Part shown: positions 28,339 to 37,808 of the stretch, piece after piece
How the letters are laid out: every line of letters starts with the position of its first letter
Position numbering within the stretch: position 1 is the stretch's first letter
DNA from: Negativicutes bacterium
Lineage (GTDB): Bacteria > Bacillota > Negativicutes > UBA1444
Direction of reading: 5' to 3'
DNA: 64,000 nt
Assembly (NCBI GenBank): GCA_963665275.2
Contig: CAXXIN010000017.1
Coordinates: forward strand, 96,001-160,000
Notes under the pieces: model-generated
What the model saw: the letters and a program-made list of their open reading frames with translations, nothing else
What the model was told of the DNA's origin: nothing
Databases searched by the model: none
Translations under genes and position numbers: made by a program

Positions 28339-29712
28339 ATGAAAAAAACGGATCTGTTAGTGATTGGGGGAAGCGCCGGGGGGGTTCTCTCTGCCACAAC
28401 GGCAAGAAAAGCATATGGAAACATCGACATCACCCTGATTCGTGAAACTGAAAATGTCATGGTTCCCTGTGGTATACCTTACATCTATGGAACCTTGCAT
28501 AACACAGACAAAAATGTAATGCCGGATACTGGTCTGATAGATTCAGGCGTTCACATAATTGTCGATCGAGTTACAAGTATTGATCGACATACAAAGACCA
28601 TAACAACGGAAAAAAACGAAACCATCGAATACAAGAAATTAATCCTGGCTACTGGTTCCCTCCCCATTATCCCCACTTTCATTCCTGGACATAATTTGGA
28701 AAATGTGTTTTCTGTTTTGAAAAATCAGGACTACTTGAATTCGCTCCTCGATAAAGTGCAAACCGTTAAAAATGTTACAGTTATTGGCGGTGGTTTTATC
28801 GGAGTTGAGTTCGCAGAGCAGATTTGTTTACTAGGAAAAAATGTTACATTGATTGAATTAGCGGATGCTTGTTTATGGCAAGCTTTTGACCGGACTTTTA
28901 CCGATGACATCGAAGCTTCCTTAAAGGCAAAGGGTATCCATCTCTTGACAGGAACCAAAGTCAAAAAAATTATCGGTACAAACACAGTGGAAGCTGTTGA
29001 ATTAGAGAACGGCGAATTGATTCCGGCGGATTTGGTGATCCTGGGGATGGGAGTCAAACCCAATGCTGCATTGGCAAAAGCTGCAGGTCTCGAATTAAAT
29101 GGCAAAGGAGCCATTGTTGTCGATCAATATACAAGAACTTCCGATCCCAATATTTTTGCCGTTGGCGACTGTGCTGAAAAAAAATGCTTCTTTACCGGAA
29201 AAGATGCCCCGGTTCTTCTGGCGTCAACTGCGGCAATGGAAGCGAAAATCGCGGGCTGCAATGCGTTCCAGTTGAGGCTCATTCGCGCAAACAAAGGAAC
29301 AATCAGTGCATTTTCTACAAAAATATTTGGCAAAACATTTGCCGCTGCCGGCCTTACCGAAGCCAGAACCTCTCAGGAAGGATTCAGTGTCATGGTCGGT
29401 GATTTCACGACCATGGACCGCCACCCCGGTTGTTTGCCGGGCTCACAAAAAACTACCATCAAATTGATCTTTTCCAAGTGCTCTGGCGTCATTCTCGGCG
29501 CACAGATTTCCGGAGGAGACTCAACCGCCGAAATAATCAACATATTGAGTTTGGCTATTCAAAAGGACATGACAGCGACAGAGCTCAACACTTTCCAAGT
29601 GGCAACTCATCCATTAGTCTCGGCCTCACCGGTAGCTTATCCAATTAATGCCGCCGCTATGAATGCCATTGCTCTAAATTGCAGACACTTAAACGAAGGC
29701 TTAATAATCTAA
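28339..29712 (+). CDS. FAD-dependent single-Cys oxidoreductase (NADH oxidase/CoA-disulfide/persulfide reductase family)
   Basis: VIGGSAGG, redox Cys in VPCGIPY, GGGFIG.E and FAVGDC. Confidence 0.9.
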   Translation: MKKTDLLVIGGSAGGVLSATTARKAYGNIDITLIRETENVMVPCGIPYIYGTLHNTDKNVMPDTGLIDSGVHIIVDRVTSIDRHTKTITTEKNETIEYKKLILATGSLPIIPTFIPGHNLENVFSVLKNQDYLNSLLDKVQTVKNVTVIGGGFIGVEFAEQICLLGKNVTLIELADACLWQAFDRTFTDDIEASLKAKGIHLLTGTKVKKIIGTNTVEAVELENGELIPADLVILGMGVKPNAALAKAAGLELNGKGAIVVDQYTRTSDPNIFAVGDCAEKKCFFTGKDAPVLLASTAAMEAKIAGCNAFQLRLIRANKGTISAFSTKIFGKTFAAAGLTEARTSQEGFSVMVGDFTTMDRHPGCLPGSQKTTIKLIFSKCSGVILGAQISGGDSTAEIINILSLAIQKDMTATELNTFQVATHPLVSASPVAYPINAAAMNAIALNCRHLNEGLII

Positions 29713-29754
29713 GCGCCTGTATTGAAGCTAAACAGTAAAAAGCAGCAAAGTCTA

Positions 29755-29972
29755 GTGTGAGAGATCGGCTACTCATTATTTGAGTAGCCGATCTCTTACA
29801 CCACCGTACGTAGCGTTCGGGATACGGCGGTCCAATAACTTGAGTGCAATACCTCGTATCTTTCGGCTATGTCGTCATAACCAATGGACGCGAGGTATTC
29901 GTTTGTTAATGACCGACTCAAGACCCAGCTCCCGGCCAATACTCCAACCGCGTGTTCGCCCATTCTCTGGCA
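29755..29972 (-). mobile_element. Remnant 3' end of a group II intron (class IIC-like): maturase tail plus domains V and VI
   Basis: Minus strand GGACCGCCGTATCCCGAACGCTACGTACGGTGGTGTAAGAG matches IIC domain V (CGC triad). It is preceded by degenerate AREWANTR.YW../SWVLSRSLTNEYLASIGY (domain X tail). Confidence 0.85.
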
Positions 29973-29991
29973 CTTTATAATGTCCCCATGG

Positions 29992-30270
29992 GTTGAGCAG
30001 CTCCTAAAAATCCCAATACTTTTAGTGCCTCGCGAACAGGAACCCGACTAACACCAAGCATTTGAGCCAAATCTCGCTCCGATGGTAACTAATCCCCGTC
30101 CTTCAAGTTTCCCGTCCCTATCCATTGCCAATATGCTCTACAATCTTCCGGTAGAGCCTCTGTGTCTTCTCTTGCGTTACGATCTATTGGCGTAATGTCT
30201 ACGAACATTTTCCTTCCTTACAACTTTGAAAATTTTGAAGGGTATTGGTACTGCCAATACCCTTCAATAG
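29992..30270 (-). pseudogene. GntR/FadR N-terminal fragment; ~280-bp repeat of 33593-33874
   Basis: Direct visual alignment; GD*LPSERDLAQMLGVSRVPVREAL with TAG at 30089-30091. Includes the hairpin at 30235-30267. Confidence 0.85.
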
Positions 30271-31278
30271 GATAACGTGTCCTAAAGTTGCGCACATTTG
30301 AAAAAAGAGTTGTCACGGATGGGCCAACCCGTGTATGTTGAAGGTGCTAGCCACACAACATACGAAAGGAAGGGATCATCCGTGACTGACACTATTATAA
30401 CTCTCAATGAACAAACCTTGAAGAACCAACTGGGAGAACTTGTTCGAACCAGCGTGGAAGAAACGCTGAACAAGATGCTCGGCGCCGAAGCCGATCAGCT
30501 CACCAATGCCGCCAGGTACGAAAGAAACGCACAGAGAAAAGATACCCGCGCTGGTCACTATAAACGCAAACTTACTACCAAGGCAGGTGAAGTTACCTTG
30601 AACGTTCCCAAACTTCGCCATCTCCCTTTTGAAACCGCCATTATCGAACGCTACAAACGGCGGGAAAGCAGCATCGAAGAAGCCCTGATCGAAATGTATC
30701 TGGCGGGCGTTTCCGTTCGCCGGATTGAAGATATTACCGAAGTCCTCTTGGGCAGTAAAGTTTCTGCCGGTACCAGCAGCGAGATGAATAAGAAAGTCTA
30801 CGGTCACATTGAAGAATGGCGAAATCGCCAGCTTAAGTCAACCTATCCTTACGTCTACTTTGACGGCATCTATCTAAAACGCTGTTGGGGCGGTTCGTAC
30901 GACAATGTAGCTATATTGGTGGCCTTGGCCGTAGATGAAGATGGATATCGGGAAATCATCGGTTGCGCCGAAGGCGGCCGGGAAGACAAGGAAAGCTGGT
31001 TGAACTTCTTGCGCGGTTTGAAAGAACGAGGCCTTTCCGGCATGAAACTGAGCGTTGGGGATCGATGTCCGGGATTTGCCGAAGCCCTCGGAGAAGTATT
31101 TCCAGAAGCGAAGTTTCAACCTTGCGTCGTTCATTTCTACCGAAACGTCTTCTCGGTAACCCCTCTTTCCAAAGGCAAGGAAGTAGCCGCCATGCTAAAA
31201 GCAATTCACGCGCAGGACGATCTAGAGAGTGCCCGAGAGAAGGCAAAGTTAAGCATGGAACTATGGGTTTGTATCTGA
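30271..31278 (+). mobile_element. Truncated IS256-family element (transposase from GTG 30382, C-terminus missing)
   Basis: RAGHYKRKL.T..G.V.L.VPKLR, EMYLAGVSVRR, YPYVY.DG and C.VHFYRN. The ORF ends at ~298 aa without the TTN.LER region. A left-end-like sequence starts near 30271; no right end seen. Confidence 0.88.
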
Positions 31279-31284
31279 AGGTGA

Positions 31285-32463
31285 CTAAAATGTTAGCCCA
31301 AGTCTCGCAAACGCACGTTGTGGCGTTTCCTCATTTGTTAAAATAACTTCGGTATTAGAATTAGAAAATACATAAGATGGCCCTTTGCTAGTGAAATCAC
31401 TTTTGACTAAGACTGCATCAACCTTATTTTGCGTTAGAAATTCTGCTGTTAAAATCCCTTTGCCTTTTTCTATTTTGCTATAAGGATTATTAAGGATATC
31501 AACTTTACCAGCAACTTTTTCCCCTGTTCTAAATGTCACAAGCATGAAACAAGATGCTTCGCCAAAATGAGAGTTGATCGAAGCTTGATCATCTGTTAAC
31601 GGAAGAACATAAACAGTTTCTGCCTTCTGTAATGGTTCATAATGAATAAGGACCTGATCAATACTCTTGATCTCGTCTTTGATATGACGCTCAATTTTAT
31701 CTGTTATAAAATGAGCTTTATCTAAGTTGTGAGTTTTTATTACAATACCCACTTCTATAAATTTGAATCGTCCAGAATTGCGTCCGGTTAATTTTTTCAG
31801 TTCAATAACTTGAGGTGTATTGACAATGATCTTTTCTACTTTGCTAAGAGTCTCATAATCCAAGGAAGCATCTAGAAGGACCTTGGTTCCGTCTATCAAT
31901 ATTTGAAAGCCAGTCTTGGCAATAAACCCAACTATAATGAAAGCGGCTATTTTGTCAAATTGATAACCGATCAAGTTGGAGATAATGGCTAATAAAGCGA
32001 CTGCATTGCTTAATACATCAGTACGGATGTGAGCCGCATCAGCTAATAAAACGGGGGAATTGTTTTTTTGCCCAATATTCTTCTCATATCTGGAAAACCA
32101 GAAAGTGATCATTATTGCAGATAATAGGCTGAATATTGCGAGTCCCGGGTTTCTCAAGTCAACTGATTTAGCGGTTATAGCCTCTACCGCAATTTCATAG
32201 CCTGTGTAAAGAATAACCACGGCAATAACAACAGATATTAGATTCTCAATTTTGTACAGTCCATAAGGGAATGACTTGGTTTTACGTTTGGCAATCTTCA
32301 ATCCTACAAAAACAGTTAAAGAGGCGACCAAATCTGCAAAAGTGTGAAACGCTTCAGCTTTTAACGCAAGGCTGCCAGAAACAGCTGCGGAACCATATTT
32401 TATTCCGAATATAACGGAATTGATAGCAATCGAAAATAGCGCTGTTCGTTCACTTTCCTCCAT
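31285..32463 (-). CDS. Cation diffusion facilitator fused to a C-terminal NifB/NifX domain
   Basis: HTFAD, FPYG..KIEN, HIRTD and IHYEP, followed by HFGEA..F...KGI..AEFL. Confidence 0.88.
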   Translation of the reverse strand: MEESERTALFSIAINSVIFGIKYGSAAVSGSLALKAEAFHTFADLVASLTVFVGLKIAKRKTKSFPYGLYKIENLISVVIAVVILYTGYEIAVEAITAKSVDLRNPGLAIFSLLSAIMITFWFSRYEKNIGQKNNSPVLLADAAHIRTDVLSNAVALLAIISNLIGYQFDKIAAFIIVGFIAKTGFQILIDGTKVLLDASLDYETLSKVEKIIVNTPQVIELKKLTGRNSGRFKFIEVGIVIKTHNLDKAHFITDKIERHIKDEIKSIDQVLIHYEPLQKAETVYVLPLTDDQASINSHFGEASCFMLVTFRTGEKVAGKVDILNNPYSKIEKGKGILTAEFLTQNKVDAVLVKSDFTSKGPSYVFSNSNTEVILTNEETPQRAFARLGLTF

Positions 32464-32506
32464 TCCAGCCACCTCCTCGTTATTATGTCCAATGCCGAAT
32501 TTAGCA

Positions 32507-32944
32507 TTATATTTCTTCTACACAATCATTCTTTTTAATTCTACCGCCTGTAGCAACTTTACAAAATAACCCTTCACCCGGCAAAAGACTTACGCCGAAT
32601 GTTCGGCTGACTATACTGAGATGATCATCTTTACCAATTTGAACGACTTCCAATATAACACTTGTTCCTAATTTAATCCTGCTCCCAACTCGTAACCGAG
32701 AAAGTTTCAAGCCATCAATTAAAATATTTTCTGCAAAGTCACCAGGGCCAGCATTTAGCTGATATTCTTTATTGGCATTTCGAACACTAGCCCAATTAAG
32801 ACAAGTAACCTGACGGCCCCAATCACCGGCATGCCCATCGTTTTCTATCCCAAAATTTTCAATAAGATTAGCTTCAAGAACTTCTTTCTTAAGTTGACCT
32901 CTTTTAGGGCTTATAGAGATGGCATAAATGATTCCTTTGGGCAT
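32507..32944 (-). CDS. MOSC-domain protein
   Basis: AISIS..RG..K, GIENDGHAG.W.RQV, GDFAENI and LEV.QIGK. ATG 32944 after GGAAGGAG. Confidence 0.85.
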   Translation of the reverse strand: MPKGIIYAISISPKRGQLKKEVLEANLIENFGIENDGHAGDWGRQVTCLNWASVRNANKEYQLNAGPGDFAENILIDGLKLSRLRVGSRIKLGTSVILEVVQIGKDDHLSIVSRTFGVSLLPGEGLFCKVATGGRIKKNDCVEEI

Positions 32945-33077
32945 CAGTTTTACTTCTATCTCCTTCCGTGCAAGGCAACAATCGCATAATCTAAAATCCA
33001 CATTTTGGATTTTGGCATGCCATTGGGGTTCTGGCATACCATTGGGATGAATTTTATACTTCCCTTTTTCTGTCACT

Positions 33078-33812
33078 TTATCTTCTTGACTCGCTGCATT
33101 CGAATGCAAGAACCTCTTTCTTAGCTGTTTCCAAATGGTCACACAATGCCTTGGCAGCACCTGCACCATCATGTTGGCGAGTTTTTCCCAGAATGAACCG
33201 ATGATCTCTAAGGACATCCGCATAGCGGCTGGGTTTTTGAAACGATCGGCTACACGAAAATCTCAATAAATCCATGAACATTTCATTGATCCGCATCAAC
33301 AGGGCATTATGAGAAGCCGTAATAATTGCCGTATGAAACCGAACTGAAGCTTCTTCCACATCGTCACCGAGAACTATTATCTTTTCCATTTCCATGATTT
33401 CGCTTTCAATTTGCAAAAGGTCCTGCTCTGTACAACGTTCTGCTGCCAACAAGACGGCCTGACACTCCAATCCATGCCTTGCTTCAAATAAATCCGTCAA
33501 CAAATGGGCAGAATCCACCATCAAAAAATCAATATTGCTGAGAACCTGACTAATCCCAATTTTTCTTACATAAACTCCTTTACCGCGGATGTGTTGAACA
33601 GCTCCTAAAAACTCCAATACTTTTAATGCCTCGCGAACAGGAACCCGACTAACACCAAGCATTTGAGCCAAATCTCGCTCCGATGGTAACTAATCCCCGT
33701 CCTTCAAGTTTCCCGTCCCTATCCATTGCCGAATACGCTCTACAATTTGCAGGTATAGAGCAAGGGTTTCTTTTCTTTTGTCGCGATCTATTGGCGTAAT
33801 ATCCACGAATAT
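33078..33812 (-). pseudogene. FadR/GntR regulator with in-frame TAG (33690-33692) and start codon altered to ATA
   Basis: One frame reads IFVDITPI..LYLQIVERIRQWIGTGNLKDGD*LPSERDLAQ and continues into an intact FCD domain. Confidence 0.8.
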
Positions 33813-33838
33813 TTCCCATCCTTGCAACTTTGAAATTT

Positions 33839-33871
33839 TTGAAGGGTATTGGTATTACCAATACCCTTCAA
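33839..33871 (-). terminator. Terminator after prxU
   Basis: TTGAAGGGTATTGGTA-t-TACCAATACCCTTCAA, a perfect hairpin. Confidence 0.7.
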
Positions 33872-33913
33872 TAGAGCTCCGCTCCCTATTATGTTGTGTA
33901 AGTATCTGCTGTT

Positions 33914-34636
33914 TTATTTTTCAAAAGCCATGTCAGGCTGCCATACCTTCCAAACCTTCCCTACCAGATCAGGTCCTGGTTGCAGGGTAGGTTTTCCGGG
34001 TACCCAGCCGGAAGGAGTTGCCTCCCCTGTCGCACGGACGTGTTGGAAAGCCTGAACCTGACGAATCATCTCGGCTACATTGCGCCCCACGGGCGGGGTC
34101 ATCACTTCCATGGCCTGGATGATTCCATCTGGATCAATCAGAAAACGTCCACGGATATCCACCCCAGCTTCCTCATCATAAACACCGTAAATCTCACCGA
34201 TTCGGCCACCGGCATCGGACAGCATGGGAAATGGCACTCCACCGGGAACCATCTTTGAAAGTTCTTCTTCCTGCCAGATTTTATGACTGAACCGACTGTC
34301 TGTGCTCATTGCCAAAACCTGAACTCCTAATGCTTGCAATTCTTGAAATTTGACGGCGACCGCCGACAATTCGGTCGGTCAGACAAATGTAAAATCACCT
34401 GGATAAAAGCAGAGAGAAATCCACTTTCCTTTATAATCGGAAAGTTTCACATTTGAAAACGTCCCATTGATGAACGCATTGGCTTCGAAATCCGGAGCCG
34501 GTTTACCCACTTTAGCCAACATTTTATATTCTCCCTTCGTTTCAGTCTGGTTTTCTTGTACAACCATTGTTTCGATAGGGTTACCTATTGTTGGTCCTTT
34601 TGCCGGGCTCACACAGGAAAGCTTTTCTTCTGCCAT
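33914..34636 (-). CDS. prxU: Selenocysteine-containing peroxiredoxin (AhpC type)
   Basis: ORFs 34379-34696 and 33914-34369 are one frame joined by TGA 34379-34381: [14 protein letters not shown], the peroxidatic Cys position. A SECIS-like hairpin TTGtCGGC-GGTC-GCCGtCAA follows. Confidence 0.92.
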
Positions 34637-34751
34637 CTTTTTCACCTCTCTCTCTTCTTTCTTCCATGCATCATCCTTGCAGCAACCGCAAAGCAAGCTT
34701 CCGACGCAGCACGGAATACAAGGTTAATTGGGTTCTCCATTTTAAAAAAAT

Positions 34752-34791
34752 TGTGGAAAGGGCAGTCAATCGTTTTCCTGCCCTTTCCACA
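34752..34791 (-). terminator. Terminator after DUF5320 copy 2
   Basis: TGTGGAAAGGGCAG...CTGCCCTTTCCACA with a minus-strand T run. Confidence 0.75.
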
Positions 34792-34803
34792 GCGTGGATG
34801 CTT

Positions 34804-35127
34804 TTAGTCGGTATTTGTCGAAATATTTTCCAAACGTTGTTTCATTTGTTGCAACTGCTTTTCCAAAAAACTCATTTGATTGGTCAACAACTCTTTTTCA
34901 TTACCAACGGGATCATTTACACCAGAGTATGGCTGAGTCATAAATCGGTTTCGCGCCTGTAAGCCAGCTCCACGCATCATTCCACCAGTACCACGCCGGC
35001 AACCAAAGCCACCAAACATACCTGGAGTGTTCATTGCGCCCGGCACAGCAAACCCTGAACAAAAACCGGCGCCGCGCCCTGTCTTTGAACCCATTCCCAT
35101 CGGTCCCATTCCATCTCCTCTTGGCAT
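34804..35127 (-). CDS. DUF5320-family protein (copy 2)
   Basis: Nearly identical to 26859-27182. Confidence 0.88.
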   Translation of the reverse strand: MPRGDGMGPMGMGSKTGRGAGFCSGFAVPGAMNTPGMFGGFGCRRGTGGMMRGAGLQARNRFMTQPYSGVNDPVGNEKELLTNQMSFLEKQLQQMKQRLENISTNTD

Positions 35128-35179
35128 CTTTTTCACCCCTTTACTATTTTCGGCATCATACGATTTCAGCTCGGTACCG

Positions 35180-35233
35180 TTTTTGTCATATGCCCATAAT
35201 TATAATAACCCGATTACCGGCATATGTCAACAA
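35180..35233 (-). promoter_or_regulatory. Promoter with paired 20-bp palindromic operators (site 5)
   Basis: TTTTTGTCATATGCCCATAA (35180-35199) and TTACCGGCATATGTCAACAA (35214-35233). Confidence 0.75.
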
Positions 35234-35589
35234 CTTAACAAAAAACATCTCCTCTTCTTGAAATAAAACCCGAAACTTCTACCTCATATCTATGCCGTTC
35301 CCCATCTTATCTTTACCTCTAAATATATTTCACCCCGTTTTACATAAGAGTTCTAAAATCACCAATCTCGCAAAACTAAATCTCTGATGATAAAAAAACA
35401 ACCGGTAGCACAGCCACCGGTTTCATCAATATCAACGCTCAAAACTCAGCCTACAACTTCAGTTTTTCTCTTTGCAGGCTCAACGTATTCCCTAATGAAC
35501 GTGCGCCAAGATTTTGTTTAAACATCAACATATCGGTCTAATCACTCCAACCAGCCCTGCACAACCGTTTAAATTGTTTAGTCATTGCT

Positions 35590-36585
35590 TCATTCTTCAG
35601 GCACGCACAATTTTCCTCTTCTAATAAGGCCGATCGTCTTATACGCCACCATCATAACCACAAGAGTAGCGATCAGTAGCATAAGTCCGCCGAAAATATT
35701 GAAAATGGCGAGTTGTGTGGCTCGAAATGCAACAAAAAGAGAGATGGTAAAAGCGCACAGGGGAAAGGTATATCCCCACCAAGATAGGAAAAACGGCAGT
35801 TTAACAAATTTTCGATACATTGTGAATAATAACAAAGTAAGAAATACAGCAACATACAACAGCACTCTAGCAGCCGGATCAAAACTACCGGTAAGCCGAA
35901 AATAGGATACAAAGGCAATGGCGGGTGGCGCGATTAGAATAAACAGCGTCGGAAAAAGTTTTTCCGGCAAATGATCGTGGAAACCCAATCGGTACACCAT
36001 AATTGTAAATAAACTTAACCAAAAAACGAGTCCCACACTAAAAAAGAACCAGGAAATTTCTTTCGAAGCAAATTCCACGCCGGCAATGGGGACCAAAATA
36101 TTACCCACCACAGGAATGAACCATGCCGGATTGAACTGTTGGATGCTGTAGAGGCGGTTAATCCAACGCGATACAGCTATCACTGTAAAGGCCAAGTGAG
36201 CCACCGCGCCGACCACCCACAATCCTCTCGCCAAATCTGGAGCATGCTCCATGGCTGCAATCGCCAGTAGTAACAGACTGATCGATATCGCAGGGAAAAA
36301 ATTAAATCGTACGGGGTGATTGAATTCTTTCAATGCCTCCTCAGGATAATGCAGTATTTTCCAGAGATACAAAACACCAATGCCAGAAAAAAGGCTGAAT
36401 GCAAAGAACAATAAACCGATTCCAACATCACCTGCTAACGAAAAAAAATGTCCCGCTCGTTGGTAAGCAATGGACAACCCGGTAATCCCCATGACGCTGA
36501 CGAACAATGTTACTGGAAAATATTGCATTTTTAAAACTCCTTGCATTTTTGTCGGGTTTAATCGGTCTTGTTCATTTAACTTCAT
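35590..36585 (-). CDS. SLAC1/TDT (TehA-like) anion channel
   Basis: VMG.TGL, EFNHPVR.NFFPA, PAWFIPVVG and SWWGYTFP. Confidence 0.9.
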   Translation of the reverse strand: MKLNEQDRLNPTKMQGVLKMQYFPVTLFVSVMGITGLSIAYQRAGHFFSLAGDVGIGLLFFAFSLFSGIGVLYLWKILHYPEEALKEFNHPVRFNFFPAISISLLLLAIAAMEHAPDLARGLWVVGAVAHLAFTVIAVSRWINRLYSIQQFNPAWFIPVVGNILVPIAGVEFASKEISWFFFSVGLVFWLSLFTIMVYRLGFHDHLPEKLFPTLFILIAPPAIAFVSYFRLTGSFDPAARVLLYVAVFLTLLLFTMYRKFVKLPFFLSWWGYTFPLCAFTISLFVAFRATQLAIFNIFGGLMLLIATLVVMMVAYKTIGLIRRGKLCVPEE

Positions 36586-36589
36586 TTCT

Positions 36590-37777
36590 TCACCCAGCCG
36601 CACTGCGCTGGAGTCGAGCCGCCGGACGGTTTTTCATCAACAAGGCTGCCAACCCGGCCACTAATGGAAGCAGAAAAATAACGAAAATTGCCGATGCCAG
36701 GCCCCAAATATCACCGATGCGACCAATAAGGATTACAGCCAGACCGCCTACCCCACCGGCAAATCCCATGGTAAGCCCTGCCGCCAACGCTTTGTTATCA
36801 GGAATCGCCTCCTGTGCCGCAATCACAGTAACGGAAAAACTGGATAACAGAGTTGCTCCGGCCAAAGCGAGAAACAGCATACTCAATACCCCTTGCGTGT
36901 AAAAAAACGCAAAAAACAATGGCGTTGAAAGGACTAAGGACCCCACAATCAATCGTTTTCGCCCATAAAAATCAGAGAGAAACCCTCCCAATACTCCCCC
37001 CATCGCTCCTGCAAAAAGCATGATCGTAAGCAGATGACTCGCTGCAACATTGGATAGGTTTTGTGATTTAAAGTACAGGGGCAACAGTGCCAGCATCCCG
37101 GTATAAGATAGGGAACGAATGGCGATAACACTAATGATGGCTACAAGTTCTTTTTTTGAGGCTTTCAACGAGCAAAGAACCTCGGAAAAGTCCGGGACGG
37201 TGCCGGATAATACATTATCGCGCGGAGCGTAGAAAAACAATAATATCGCTACCAAAATTCCAGGAATCACTGTAATGGCGGTTGCGTGCAGGCCATAAGC
37301 TTCGAACAACGGTACCAGCAAGAGTGGCCCCAGAGCAAACCCGACATTTCCAAAGGCTACAAAGGTTGAAAGCATAACTGCCTTATGTTCGCCGCTCAAA
37401 ACATTAACCATCGTGGATGCCTGGGGATGAAACGCCGCCGTACCCAAACCAGCTAAGGCCGCCAAAACAACAATGGCCCAATAATTTTCAACCAGGCCGG
37501 TCATGCTCAGCATAATCGCCATCCATAGGGTCCCCACATGCACGAGCCAACGTTTACCCTGGCGATCCAAGAAATAGCCAAACATCGGCTGAATCAATGA
37601 CGAAGTAAGAGTAAACGCAGAAACCAGAATCGTAGCCCGAGTGGCGGTAAAGCCGGGACTTAACACAATCAAAAAGGGAAATAGCTGAGGTAGATAATTG
37701 CTATACAAATCATTGAGCGTGTGCGCTACTGAAAGCACTCCGATTTTAGTGTACTGGATCTCTGACTTATCATCCAT
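36590..37777 (-). CDS. MFS transporter (Fsr-like)
   Basis: H..NDLY, QPMFG..LDR.GKR, AAFHP and SDFYGRKR. Confidence 0.9.
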   Translation of the reverse strand: MDDKSEIQYTKIGVLSVAHTLNDLYSNYLPQLFPFLIVLSPGFTATRATILVSAFTLTSSLIQPMFGYFLDRQGKRWLVHVGTLWMAIMLSMTGLVENYWAIVVLAALAGLGTAAFHPQASTMVNVLSGEHKAVMLSTFVAFGNVGFALGPLLLVPLFEAYGLHATAITVIPGILVAILLFFYAPRDNVLSGTVPDFSEVLCSLKASKKELVAIISVIAIRSLSYTGMLALLPLYFKSQNLSNVAASHLLTIMLFAGAMGGVLGGFLSDFYGRKRLIVGSLVLSTPLFFAFFYTQGVLSMLFLALAGATLLSSFSVTVIAAQEAIPDNKALAAGLTMGFAGGVGGLAVILIGRIGDIWGLASAIFVIFLLPLVAGLAALLMKNRPAARLQRSAAG

Positions 37778-37808
37778 GAGAAAACTCCTTCGGCTTATAT
37801 TTCCCCGG

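Noticed and set aside
32945-33223. N-terminal 93 aa of the 238-aa MOSC ORF
   Set aside because: It overlaps the GntR 3' end out of frame; the SD supports a start at 32944.
30271-33874. Composite transposon bounded by the GntR repeats
   Set aside because: There is only one truncated IS copy, and no right end or target-site duplication was identified.
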